A DNA stretch of 64,000 nucleotides, from positions 806,001 through 870,000 of the forward strand of contig JAWMAR010000399.1 in assembly GCA_036785375.1 (NCBI GenBank), read 5' to 3'. This stretch comes from Leucoraja ocellata. Taxonomy: Eukaryota. The notes below the pieces were generated by a model. The model searched no databases, was not told the origin of the DNA, and saw only the letters and a program-made list of their open reading frames with translations. Position 1 is the first letter of the stretch; each line of letters begins with the position of its first letter. Both the position numbers and the translations under genes were made by a program. Shown here piece by piece: positions 37,057 to 50,187 of the stretch.

Positions 37057-38143
37057 TTAGTATAGCTCACCACGGCTTCAATGTGGCTGGTCCAGGATAA
37101 ATTGCTGGTATTTATAACTGGGAACTTTTGATCATTCCCACTTTGGCACCATCAATGTATACTTTGTTATGTGTACTACTCCACTTCCTGAATACAATAG
37201 TTTGCACGCAACAAAAGCTTTTCACTGTACCTTGGTGCACCTTTACCAACCCTCTCCTCTGCCTAGCGGAGCAGAGGAGAGGGTTTCCTTTGTCGTGGTG
37301 ACATTGAGGAAGACTTTGTTGTTTTGGCACCAAGTTACAAGGTTCTCAATCTCCTTTCTGTGCTCTGCCTCGTTATTATTCAATATATCAGGCCACGACA
37401 GGGATGTCATCTGCAAATTTATAGAATGAGTTGTATTTGTATTTGTTAGCTAGGAGAAAGTGACAGCGGAGCACACAGAGATAAAATGTAATCAGCGACA
37501 GTCAGACTGGTCGTAAAACTAGGAAAGGAGAGGGATGGAGACAGATGGAGAGTGAGGGTTACCAAGTTAGAAAGGTCATTATTCATACCGCTGGGGTGTA
37601 AGCTGCCCAAGAAAAATATGAGGTGCTGTTCCTCCAATTTGCACTGGGCATCACTCGGATAGTGGAGGAGGCCCAGGTTTAGTTTATTGAGATTGAGGAT
37701 CAGCTCCGCTAGGCAGAGGAGGGGGTTGGCAAAGGTGCACCAAGGTAGAGTGAAAAGCTTTTGTTGCGTGCAAACTATTGTATTGTATTGTATTCAAATT
37801 TATTGTCATTGTCTCAATTACAGACAACGAAATGAATTTTCCTTACAGGCAGTATCATAAAAATAAATAATAAATAATAAAACATATTAAAAATAAAATT
37901 GAATTGAATTAAAAAAAGAAAAGCACAAACACAGAAAGTCCACGACACAACACAACACAGTGGCACCAAGGTGAGGAAGGCACCATAGTCCAGCCAGCCT
38001 CCCCTCTGATCTTCCCAGATGTTCATCCGTGGTCTGGGCCTTCCGAGCACCCGCAGTCGCCGCACCGGGCGGTCAGCGGAAAGACAATACATTGAGCCAT
38101 TCACAGTCCAGACGCAACACATGCCCAGCATTACCTGTAGCAT

Positions 38144-39580
38144 GTTGTTCCATTGTTTAAAAAGGGGTCTAAGAGTAAACCTAGCAATTATAGGCCTGTT
38201 AGTTTGACGTCAGTGGTGGGCAAATTAATGGAAAGAATACTTAGAGATAATATATATAAGCATCTGGATAAATAGGGTCTGATTAGGAACAGTCAACATG
38301 GATTTGTGCCTGGAAGGTCATGTTTGACTAATCTTCTTGAATTTTTTGAAGATGTTACTCGGGAAATTGAGGGTAAAGCAGTGGATGTTGTGTATATGGA
38401 CTTCAGTAAGGCCTTTGACAAGGTTCCTCATGGAAGGTTGGTTAAGAAGGTTCAATGGTTGGGTATTAATGGTGGAGTAGCAAGATGGATTCAACAGTGG
38501 CTGAATGGGAGATGCCAGAGAGTAATGGTGGATGGTTGTTTGTCAGGTTGGAGGCCAGTGACGAGTGGGGTGCCACAGGGATCTGTGTTGGGTCCACTGT
38601 TGTTTGTCATGTACATCAATGATCTGGATGATGGTGTGGTAAATTGTATTAGTAAGTATGCAGATGATACTAAGATAGGTGGGGTTGCGGGTAATGAAGT
38701 AGAGTTTCAAAGTCTACAGATAGATTTATGCCAGTTGGAAGAGTGGGCTGAAAGATGGCAGATGGAGTTTAATGCTGATAAGTGTGAGGTGCTACATCTT
38801 GGCAGGACAAATCAAAATAGGACGTACTTGGTAAATGGTAGGGAATTGAAGAATGTAGGAGAACAGAGGGATCTGGGAATAACTGTGCACAGTTCCCTGA
38901 AAGTGGAATTTCATGTAGATAGGGTGGTAAAGAAAGCTTTTGGTGTGCTGGCCTTTATAAATCAGAGCATTGAGTATAGAAGTTGGGATGTAATGTTAAA
39001 ATTGTACAAGGCATTGGTGAGGCCAATTCTGGAGTATGGTGTACAATTTTGGTCGCCTAATTATAGGAAGGATGTCAACAAAATAGAGAGAGTACAGAGG
39101 AGATTTACTAGAATGTTGTCTGGGTTTCAGCAACTAAGTTACAGAGAAAGGTTGAACAAGTTAGGGCTTTATTCTTTGGAGCGCAGAAGGTTAAGGGGGG
39201 ACTTGATAGAGGTTTTTAAAATGATGAGAGGGATAGACAGAGTTGACGTAGAAAAGCTTTTCCCACTGAGAGTAGGGAAGATTCAAACAAGGGGACATGA
39301 CATGAGAATGAAGGGACTGAAGCTTAGGGGTAACATGAGGGGGAACTTCTTTACTCAGAGAGTGGTAGCTGTGTGGAATGAGCTTCCAGTGAAGGTGGTG
39401 GAGGCAGGTTCGTTTTTATCATTTAAAAATAAATTGGATAGTTATATGGATGGGAAGGGAATGGAGGGTTATGGTCTGAGCGCAGGTATATGGGACTAGG
39501 GGAGATTATGTGTTCGGCACGGACTAGAAGGGTCGAGATGGCCTGTTTCCGTGCTGTAATTGTTATATGGTTATATGGTT
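38144..39580 (+). mobile_element. Young 5'-truncated CR1 LINE, RT domain almost intact
   Basis: 397-aa ORF 38306-39499 with DFSKAFDKV, GVPQGSVLGP, KYADDTK; (ATATGGTT)n tail; 14-bp TSD attacctgtagcat. Confidence 0.95.
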
Positions 39581-39989
39581 ATTACCTGTAGCATAGAGGC
39601 ATCAAGCTATGGAGGGTTTGTACTGAGGGCATTCCACACTGTGGAAGGGAAGTACCAAAGAAGCTCTGCATTAAGGGGAGAGCAGTGCTGAGGGAGGGAG
39701 CACAGGTCCATGAGATACAGACACGCGGTCAGCGGGCTATCAGGAGAGAGTACGGGAAGGATCCCCTTCCCTCAATGTGTGTCTCACTGGGTGAGCTTGC
39801 ACCACTTGGGGGAGTCAGGTGAGTTTTCTCCACTGTGGGCACAGTGCAGTGTTGGAGCTACAGAGGTGGGGGAGTCTGTGCAGGAAGCGCTGTGGGTGAG
39901 CTGATTTGTCTGGGCTGTAGTCAGATAACTGCTGTAGACGGAAACCAGTGAGAGTGAGTCCAATGTCAGGGCGTAACAACAGTCTCTTC

Positions 39990-41640
39990 ATTAATTTCTC
40001 CCGATGAGGCCAGCATTTATCCCAACCCCGCATGCCCTGGAGGATATGGTCATCTTTACTATGGATGTTCAGTCATCCTCCACCAAGAAGGCTGTTGTGG
40101 CTGTTTCTGCCTGGACTACTGAAGCATCCAATTTCCCTCCATCAACCCTCTCCTCTGCTTGGTCCTCACTCTCTAGAATTTCTTCGACTCCTCCCACTTC
40201 CTCCAAATCCATGGCGTAGCAATGGGCACCCGCATGGGCCCCAGCTATGCCTGCCTCTTTATAGGGTACGTTGAACAATCACTGTTCCAGGTTTGCATGG
40301 GCCCTATCCCCGAAGCTGCTATATTGACACCTACATCGGGTCTACCTCCTGCAGCCATGCAGAGCTCATGGATTTCATTAACTTCACCACCAATTTCCAT
40401 CCTGCACTCAAATTCACTTGGACCATCTCCGACACCTCCCTCCCCTTTCTTGATCTCACCGTCTCCATCACAAGATATAGACTATTGACTGACGTCTATT
40501 ACCAACCTACTGACGCCAACAACTATCTAGACTATACTTCTTCCCACCCAGCCACCTGCAAAGATTTTATCCCCTACTCTCAATTTCTCTGTCTATGCCA
40601 CATCTGCACCCAAGATGAGGTGTTCCATACCACGATATCCAAGATGTTCTCACTCTTTAGGAAACAGGAGTTCCCCTCTTCCATCATAGCTGGGGCCCTC
40701 ACACGGGTCTCCTCGGTACCCTGCAACTCCACTCTTGCTACTCCTCCCCCATTCGCAACAGAAACAGAGTCCTCCTCGTCCTCACCGTTCACCCCGTCAT
40801 CCGTTGCATACAGCACATAATCTTCAGACATTTTTGCCACCAACAAAGGGATCCCACCACTAGTCACACCTATCCGTCTCCACCCCTTCCTGCCTTCCAC
40901 AGAGACCATTCCCTATGCAAATCCCTGGTTCATTCATCCCTTCCCATCCAAACAACCCCCTCCCCAGGTACTTTCCCTTGAAACTGCAGGAGAGGCAACA
41001 CCTATCTCTATACTCCTCCTTTCCTGACTCCGTCCAAGGACCCCGACAGACCTTTCTGATGAGGCAGAATTTCATATGCACTTCCTCCAACCTCATCTAC
41101 TGTATCCGTTGTTGAAGGTGTGGAGTCCTATATATCGGCGTGGCCAAGCACAGACTGGCCGATAGTTTCACTGAACACCTTTGCTCAGTCCGCCTTGACC
41201 CATGCAATTTCCCAGTTCCCATTCCCATATTGACCTTTATGTCCTGGGCCACCTCCATTGTCAGAGGGAGGCCGCGTGCAAATTGGAGAAACAGCACCTC
41301 ATATTTCACTTGGGCAGTTTACAATCCAATGACCTGAATATTGATTTCTCTAATTTCAAGTAACCCCTGTATTCCCCTGCTCTCCATCCCTCCCCCACCC
41401 TAGTCATCCTGCCAGTTCCATTGTTCATATCCATATTATCACCTCGTACACAGCCAACAATGGATAATTGTGGGCTCCATCTATCCTTGGCCATCGGTGC
41501 TGGCTCTAATTTGTTCTAAACCTATTCATACCTCTAGTTTCTCCCTCCCCTGACTCTCAGTCTGAAGGGGGGGGGGGGGGTTTCGATCCGAATCGCCACC
41601 TATTCGTTTTCACCAGAGAACTACTCCAGAGTTTTGTGTC
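39990..41640 (+). mobile_element. Degraded Penelope-like element (RT + GIY-YIG)
   Basis: MGTRMGPSYACLF, YID.YIG, HPALKFTWTIS..LPFLDL, NLIYCIRC across frameshifted ORFs. Confidence 0.85.
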
Positions 41641-41904
41641 TATCTTTGGTGATATGTGTAGTTCTTGGAAAGGCAATGATGCAGTACTGCAAGAGTGCTG
41701 CATTGTTGCTTTTGCTGCAGGGCGGAGCTACAGCATTAGAGTCAAATACCAGGGGCTTTGTAAATGCTCGTCGCCCCCACAGTCTGGGACCAGAGGCCAT
41801 GGCCTCAGAATAAAAAGACGTACCTTTAGAAATGAGATGAGAAGGAATTTCTTTAAGGTGGTGAAGCTGTGGAATTCAGTGCCACAGATGGCTGTGGAGG
41901 CCCT

Positions 41905-42390
41905 TAACAATAGACAATAGACAATAGGTGCAGGAATAGGCCATTCAGCCCTTCGAGCCAGCACTGCCATTCAATGTGATCATGGCTGATCATCCCCAAT
42001 CAGTACCCCATTCCTACCTTTTCCCCATATCCCCTGACTCCGCTATCTCTAAGAGCGTTATCCAGCTCTCTCTTGAAAGTATCCAGGAAACCGGCCACCA
42101 ACGCCCTCTGAGGCAGAGAATTCCACAGACTCACCACTCTCTGTGAGAAAAAGTGTTTCCTCGTCTCTGTTCTAAATGGCTTACCCCTTATTCTTAAACT
42201 GTGGACCCTGGTTCTGGACTCGCCCAACATCGGGAACCTGCTTCCTGCCTCCAACATGTCCAAACCCTTAACAATCTTATATGTTTCATTGAGATATCCT
42301 CTCATCCTTCTAAACTCCAGAGTGTACAAGCCCAGCTGCTCCATTCTCTCAGCATATGACAGTCCCGCCATCCCGGGAATTAACCTTGTA
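41905..42390 (-). mobile_element. CR1 LINE 3' fragment
   Basis: RLIPGMAGLSYAERMEQLGLYTLEFRRMRG; (ACAATAG)n on the + strand. Confidence 0.9.
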
Positions 42391-43323
42391 ACAGATAATT
42401 TAAAGGTGGACAATGACAGATTTTTAATTAGTAAGGGTGTCAGGGGTTATGGGGAGGAGGCAGGAGAATGGGATTGAGAGGGAAAGATACTGTAGATCAG
42501 CTGTGATTGAATGGTGGAGTAGACTCGATGGGCCGGATGGCCTCATTCTACTCCTAGGACTTCTAACACATTTTAAATGTCTCAAGTCCTGATTCAGACC
42601 CCGACCCGAGATGTCTGGAAGTTCTGTCCTCCCCCCACAGATGCTGCTCAACCCGTCAAACCCATCCCATCCATTGCTTTAAGAGGCGGAGCACACTGAT
42701 GCTGGATCTGGCTCTTACCCACTGTCCCCACCTGGGGTGGAGGTTGGAAGCAAGGTTGAGATATCCAACATTTCCCAGGGATGATCATGACCCAGACTTG
42801 AGACTGGGGTGGGATGCTTACTGGATGTTTGCGGCATGGTTGTCATGTCAGGGGTGCACTTTTCCAGTCTTTAGCACAGTGACTCCACGGCAGGACTGGG
42901 TTGACGAGGCTGTGGTGGGACGCTGGGCCAGGGGTGACCTCTCTCAGAACAGCTCGGCTACCTACGCCTGCCCTTTTCCCTAGATTTGATTGAAGACCTT
43001 CTGAGCGCTTGGAGAGTACAGGCCGTCTCCCGAATCACTCGCAGGTCCCTGTGGTCGATCTTTTAACACCAGAGGGTCAGTTCTAGTCAGCTGTTGCTCT
43101 CTATAACTCAGCCGCTTGAAATTTTCCTTAGCCCCTCTGAAAGCAACTATTGAGACCTTGAAGAGGCAAACAACCTCTGGTCACAGCTAAATACAGTAGT
43201 AGCTGACAGGGCCTTTCCATGTGTACGTGGTGTACTCTTCCCAACGTTCACCATACTGACGGTGCAAGGCTGCCACTTGTCGGTAGAAGCCAACAATGTC
43301 CGATCTCCCTACCTTGTTCTTCA

Positions 43324-45250
43324 TGTTGTTATATTGGTATGATCGAATAACTAGGACTCAAATGTTCAGCAACAAATTACTTTGTTTTGTCGCTAGATGC
43401 CAGTGGAAACGAGTGAGTAACCACACTGCAGACTTATATATATATAACTGATCGAATCTGTGATTTACTTGTTACATACAATTGAAGCGGCAATGCTGTG
43501 AATTTCACAACAGACAAAGCTGCAATGACCATGTCTGTTCTAGCACCACTAATAGCCTGTGAAACAGCTGATATAACGAATGCCTTTGCCAGATTTCGAC
43601 AAAAATCAACAATGTGTTTCAAGAATGTTGGTGAGAGTGAGAAAGCTATCTACCTGCTTCTTTGGATGTGAGAGAAGGGAATAGAGTTGGATAATAGTTG
43701 GACATTTGAGCACGAGCAAATGTTATCTTAGATACATTTGCAAAATATCTCGAACCAAGGGCCAACCCTTGCATATATTGCTATACTTTTCGACGGTTAA
43801 TAGAAACTTACAAAATTCTTAAGGGGTTGGACAGGCTAGATGCAGGAAGATTGTTCCCGATGTTGGGGAAGTCCAGGGCAAGGGGTCACAGTTTAAGGAT
43901 AAAGGGGAAATCCTTTAGGACCGAGATGAGAAAAACATTTTTCAGAGAATCTCTGGAACACTCTGCCACAGAAGGTAGTTGAGGCCAGTTCATTGGCTAT
44001 ATTTAAGAGGGAGTTAGATGTGGCCCTCGTAGCTAAAGGGATCAGGGGGTATGGAGAGAAGGCAGGTACAGGACACTGAGTTGGACGATCAGCCATGATC
44101 ATATTGAATGGCGGTGCAGGCTCAAAGGGCGGAATGGCCTACTCCTGCACCTATTTTCTATGTGTCTATGTTTAACACCTTCGAGAGCTAAGGTATAATC
44201 CTCAAAACTGAGCCCCTTCTGTACTCCTTATACATACACAACTGTACAGCCAAGTACAAATCGAACTCAGTCTACAATTTTGTGGATGACACCACCATTG
44301 AGGGGCCAGATAACAAATTATGATGAGACAGAGTACAGGAAGGAGATTGAGAGACGCGTGACCTGCTGTCACACCAACAACCTTCCTCTCAATGTCAGCG
44401 AAACAAAGGAGATTGTGATTGACGTCAGGAAGTGAAGTGGTACACATACATAGTGGTATGCATTGATGGCGCCAAAGAAGAGATATTTGAAAGCTGTAAG
44501 TTCCTAGGAGTAAATATCACCAGGAGTAAATGTGTCCTGGACCACCCATATTGAAGTCATGGCCAAGAAAGCACCCCATGTCCCCAACAACGCTCACCAA
44601 CTTCTACAGCACCTGAGCAGTATTCACCAACACATATGATCTCATGACAATGTATCCTGATTGCTTTGATGACGCCATCGGCTACTTTGAGGACTCGAGT
44701 ACCACAGTACTCAAGATCCATCAGTGAAACCATACTGCATCCAAACTGCACACCGAATTCCACTCGAACTGAAAGATAAACTCAAAGCAGAGTTGAAGAC
44801 AATGTAAAAGAAGGGAATCATTGTCAAAGTTGACAAACCAACATATTGGGCCAACCACATCGAAGTGAAGGAATAGCCCATTGGCAGACTGAGGATATGC
44901 CTTGATCCTCGTGATCTTAACAGAGTCTTGAAGAGAGATCATTACCGCATACCTGAAGAAATAACTCCTTCATTAGCTGGAGCCAAGGTGTTCACCAAGC
45001 TAGGTGCAAGGAATGTATATTGGAATATTAAAATCGATGAAGAGTTTTCGATGCTCACAACTTTCAATACTCCCTTTGGATTTCAGCACCTCCCTTTGGT
45101 CTTCAAGTGAGCCACGATGTCTTCCAGCAGAAAATTGGGAGACTTACCACGACTGCAAAGGAGCAGTTGGGATAGTGGATGACATGCAAGTCTTTGGACA
45201 AGATGCCAAAGTCTATGACTACAACCTCCATGAGTGGATGAAGCTGACAT
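43324..45250 (+). mobile_element. Ty3/Gypsy LTR retrotransposon remnant (LTR 43324-43512, gag, RT), with CR1 (43797-44172) and Rex1-like (44200-44570) inserts
   Basis: TGTTGT..ACAACA LTR; gag-like AFARFRQK..EKAIYLLLW; RT LRICLDPRDLN..KRDHYRIP..GAKVFTKL..TTFNTPFG..IVDDMQVFG with stops and frameshifts. Confidence 0.85.
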
Positions 45251-45610
45251 ACAATGATTCTCCATGTCAAAGAGAATCAAGCGGGGAAATGCTTCTCGTG
45301 GTTGACCACAAGCCTCCTGTGATAATTGCAGTTGTCCATCGGCCTAGTACATTGTCCATCCTTTACCCAGTGGTCTCGTTTGGGATTCCGCACCAGATTC
45401 TTCCCACTTTCTCAATTCAACCCCAGCAGCAGGCATTTTGTCAGTATTTACTAACCTTCTGTTAGTAAATTCACACAGACAGCTATTCTCCCCACAATAG
45501 TGTTTCCACATTCTCTAGCTGCAAGCAAGATTTTCATTATACCTGTGCCTCGGGGCACGTGCTAATGACAATAAACGTGACTTGACTGCGTACACCAGCT
45601 AGTACACGAG

Positions 45611-46640
45611 TGTAATGAGTCGAGTCGTGCACACGTCAAGGTGCAACACATATTTATTAAAGTACTCATACAGCATTTGTCTGCAGGGTGTTGTAGTAAC
45701 TAGTAGTTACTCAGTCTAAATTACGTAGGCAAACTTCTGATAATGTAAACCGCATAGTAGGCCAAGCTTCTACTAACAAGCACTACAATTGGTTAGTAAG
45801 AAGTAACTAATCTACATCTTTCCTTGTAGAAACAAAATAAAGCATAGATACGTGAATACATGGTGGCTAAAAAAATACAGTAGCCGAAACGGTAATAACG
45901 CATATGGAGGAGCATAGATGGTTACACAAAATCACCGTATCTAAGGGGTGGCCTGCTGACCCGTCCGGCGTTTGTGTGGTACAAATCCGCATCTCCTTTC
46001 ACCGGCGAAGTAACTGGGGAAGGGACCGGGAGACGGCACCGGAGGCCCGCTGAGTGGAGGTGGTGAAATAGGCGAGCTGGGCGCTGAACGCCGTGGAGAG
46101 GCCGCGGGGGACACAGTCTCCGGTTGTTGAGCAGTCGGCCCAGTAGCGAGAAGGTAAAACCTCTGGATATGGAGCCGCAGGACGTGGTTCCTTCACGGGA
46201 AGGAGATGTTGACCTCTGCGTCTGTAGATGCCTCCGTCCGCGCTTACCAGGTAAGAGAGCGGTTCTTTAGCAAGGCCGTGGATGTGACCCAGTCGGCCAT
46301 AGCCCTTGTTAGTCTGGAGGCAAACAACCTGTCCACTGGAGAGAGGTTCAAGTGGCTTACTGGACATGTCAAAAAAGCATTTTTTGTGCATCACGCTTCA
46401 ATTGTAATTGTTTCTGGACCACAGGAGGTGAATGGACCTGTGTCTGCAAAAGTTGCTGGGGTACAAGCAGGGCAGCACGGGTTTGACGAGACATCAGTCA
46501 TTGAGCTGGAGAACCCAGTATGGGATCGCGGGCAATGTTCCTTAAATTGAGCAGGTCCAGGTAGACATTGGATTTTGCAAGATAAGGACGTCCCATTAGT
46601 TAATTTGCGCCCCTCCAACACCTTCACCCCCTCGGTCACT
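45611..46640 (-). mobile_element. Second Ty3/Gypsy remnant: integrase C-terminus, PPT and 3' LTR (45611-45816)
   Basis: YLDLLNLRNIARDPILGSPAQ and FDMSSKPLEPLSSGQVVCLQT..EPLSYLV..GGIYRRRGQHLL; aaggaaaga|TGTAGA..TTACA with internal AATAAA. Confidence 0.8.
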
Positions 46641-49495
46641 ATATTCCCTCGTAATGTTTCACTCTCAACTCTAACCCAATGTTGGCAACCCTGCCCTTAT
46701 CTCTTATCCGCCTCCCCCCAACATCTCTCTCTCCTTCCAATCAATCTCTCATTTTCAACTACCTTACCCAGCATGTTCCAGGCTCCCCGTCTCCATCCTA
46801 TTCTGGCTGTTCCCCCTCTCTACTCATGGTCCTGAAGCAAGGACCTGCCCCTCCATACTTCCTGTTCTCCACCCACAGATGCTGCTCAACATGCTGAGTC
46901 ACTGAGTCCCTCCAGTAGATTGCTTGAGGAGGTGAATGGCACTTATACAGCTCATTCCCACAGGGGTGGAAGTTGGAGGCATGGCTGTGATATTAGGGAT
47001 GCACTTTCCCAGGGATGAGAATGACCCAGTCTTTAGCACAGCGACTCTGCGACAGGCCCGGGGTGATGGGGCTGAGGTGGGAAGCTGGGCCGGAGGAAGG
47101 GGGGGGGGGGGGGGGGGGGAGGGTGGTGACCTCTCTCAGGCCAGCCATTTCTCAAGCTTTGGTGAAGCCCTTATGAGCTCCTGGAGATTACCATACTGTA
47201 GCGAGTCTTTTAACTTACACTTGAATGCAACATTTATGCTTTAAATTGAAATAGGTATAAATAAGGCTTGGCTAAATTACATTCTTAATTACATTCCACG
47301 GTAGAGTCAGGCGCTGATCAACAGGTGCAGCACATGAGAAACAGTGAGAGAGGTACAGGTTTAGAGGAATATGGGCCAAATGCAGGCAGGTGGAACTGGT
47401 GCACAGCCCTGCAGGGGATCTATCAGCACCAGGGCCAGTTCTAGTCAGCTGTTGCTCTCCATAACTCAACCACTTGAAATTCTCATTTGCCCATCTGCAT
47501 CAGAAAGCGACTTCTGGGACCTTGATTGAGCAAGAATGAACAAGTTCTGTTCACCGCTAAACACAGAAGCCGCTGACGGTGCTTTTCCGTGTGTACAGAA
47601 TGTACTCCTGCCAAGGCTCGCCGTTCGTGCAGAGCAAGGTTGCCCCCTATTGGTAAAGGTCAACAATGCCCGGGCGTTAAACGTCAAGATCCAGGGACTT
47701 TGTAATGGGACAATTAAATCAAGTAAGATAGATCTTTATTAAAATCAGAAGACTTAAAATTATTAAAGTTAATTGAAAACACCCAGGCAGTGTAAAATGA
47801 AAAATATAAAGAAGCCACGATGGACCTGATCTGTGTCTGACTTCCAGCCCGGGACCGTCTAGCCGTGAAACTGATGTGGGGGCGTGGACGGGGTACAGCT
47901 GCCGGCAATATTCCAAATCCAATCCTTGAATTATTTCCATTTTAGGTAACCATGTCTTCCTCTGTATCCCTGTCAAACCCTCACTTTCCAATCAACCGAT
48001 CCTTCTTCCCCATACGCCACCTCCCGCCCACCGGTGCAGGTTGGAGGCGAGGTTGAGCTATCAGCCATTCCCCCAAGGGATGAGCATAATCTGTTTTTGA
48101 ACGCAGTGACTCCACCGCGGGCCCCAGGAGTGGCGACGTCGTGGACTCGCTGACCCAGGGGTGACCTCTCTCAGGCCACCTCTGGTATTTCCCCCCAAAT
48201 GTGATGATGAAGCCCTTCTGAGCACACGGATATTTCTACCTGTCGGTCGGATCACTTGCCGGTTTCTGCAGTCGATCCTTTAACACATGGGGGTCAGTTC
48301 TAGTCAGCTGTTACTCTCCATAACTCATTTTCCTTCGCCCCCTCTGTAATCTGAAAGCGACCTCCGAGACCTTGACTGAGCAAGAGGCAAACACAACCCG
48401 TGGTCACGGCTAAATGCAGAAGCCGCTGACAAGGCCATTCCACGTGAACTCCTCTCAAGGTTCACCATTCTGACAGTGCAAGGCTGCCCCATGTTGGTAG
48501 AAGTCAACAATGCTTCAGCTCCCTACCTTGCTCTTCAACTCACCTCCATGGCAAAGGGAAACAAACGGCAAATGCCTCCCTTCATTGACCACAAGCCTCG
48601 TATGGTGGTTGGAGTTGCCGCCGTACACTGTCCATTCTTTACCCAGTGGTTAGATGTGTGCTTTCTGGGCATTATCCTTCCATGGTCAATGTTTACTCAT
48701 CTCTATAAATTCACTGTGACCCCCGTATTCTCCCCACGATAACACTTCCACATTCCCTCCACTTGGTACCTGACGGGCAGACAGAGCGGAGAAACATTAC
48801 GCATCAGCAACGGAACAGAACTTGCACCCCCTGCATGTCATAGATTTGTTTTCTCATTGTGCTTGTTTAAGATGTATATATAATTAATGCATAATTTGTT
48901 TTTGTGCCTTGTTTCAGTCTTGGTGGCTGTGATGCCGCTGCAAACAAATTCCATTGTACCTGAAACTCACCTGTAACTCGTGTGTACAATATACTTGATT
49001 TGAGTTCGGAAAAACAGGGAGAACACATCTGAGATGTGGAGCAGCGCGGGAGATTTAAACGGGAGGCGCGAGTGCCAGGTTATGTGGGATGACCAGGTTG
49101 GGGAAATGTTGAGGGAGAGCCACACTGCGGGAGGTACTGAGGCAACCACACTGTTGGCGGATTGGTGCTGAGGAACTTCTGAGGCAGCGCCGCATGGTCG
49201 AATATGTGACCGGTTGCCAGCTTGAAATGCTCCCTAGCCCCTCTGTAATCCGAAAGCGACTTCTGAGGGTTTGACTAAAGCCCTTAAAAGGATTTTAAAA
49301 GGAGCCCTTAGCGCGGAGACAGGTTCTGTTCCACTGTCGAGTGAGAAGGTCAGAAGTGATAGGAGCAGAATTGGGCCATTCATTCTATCGTTTACTCCAC
49401 CATAACATCATGGCTGATCTATCTCCCCCTCTCAACCCCATTCTCCTACCTTCTCCCCATAACCTCTGGCATCCATACTGATCAAGAATCTATCT

Positions 49496-49950
49496 TTCAT
49501 ATGAAGAAAGACGGGATAGACTCGGCTTCTACCCGCTAGAATTTAGAAGATTGAGGGGGGATCTTATAGAAACTTACAAAATTCTTAAGGGGTTGGACAG
49601 GCTAGATGCAGGAAGATTGTTCCCGATGTTGGGGAAGTCCAGAACAAGAGGTCACAGTTTAAGGATAAGGGGGAAATCTTTTAGGACCGAGATGAGGAAA
49701 ACCTTTTTCACACAGAGAGTGGTGAATCTCTGGAATTCTCCGCCACAGAAGGTAGTTGAGGCCAGTTCATTGGCTACATTTAAGAGGGAGTTAGATGTGG
49801 CCCTTGTGGCTAAAGGGATCAGGGGGTATGGAGAGAAGGCAGGACAGGATACTGAGTTGGATGATCAGCCATGATCATATTGAATGGCGGTGCAGTCTCG
49901 AAGGGCCGAATGGCCTACTCCTGCACCTATTTTCTATGTTTCTATGTTTC
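49496..49950 (+). mobile_element. CR1 LINE 3' fragment
   Basis: LRGDLIETYKILKGLDRLDAGRLFPMLGKSRTRGHSLRIRG; (TTTCTATG)n tail. Confidence 0.9.
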
Positions 49951-50187
49951 TATCTGTGTCCAGTCATCTACAGTCACTTGCGTCCTTGTTTCTCGCCCGT
50001 CCTGATGAACGTTCCCCAGACCTGACTCCTCTAGTATCTTTGGTGGAAAGAGCGGTGCTGGTGGGGGAAGCGCCATATTTAGGAGGGGAAACACTGAGGC
50101 CACGCCACTTCACGGGAGAAGCGCTGGGGGGATTTGACACCGTGGAAGGGCAGGTATAGGTGGTTGCACGTAAGGTCACTGGTTCAT

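Noticed and set aside
38306-39499. Domesticated reverse transcriptase gene
   Set aside because: 5'-truncated CR1 with microsatellite tail and TSD; an ordinary young insertion.
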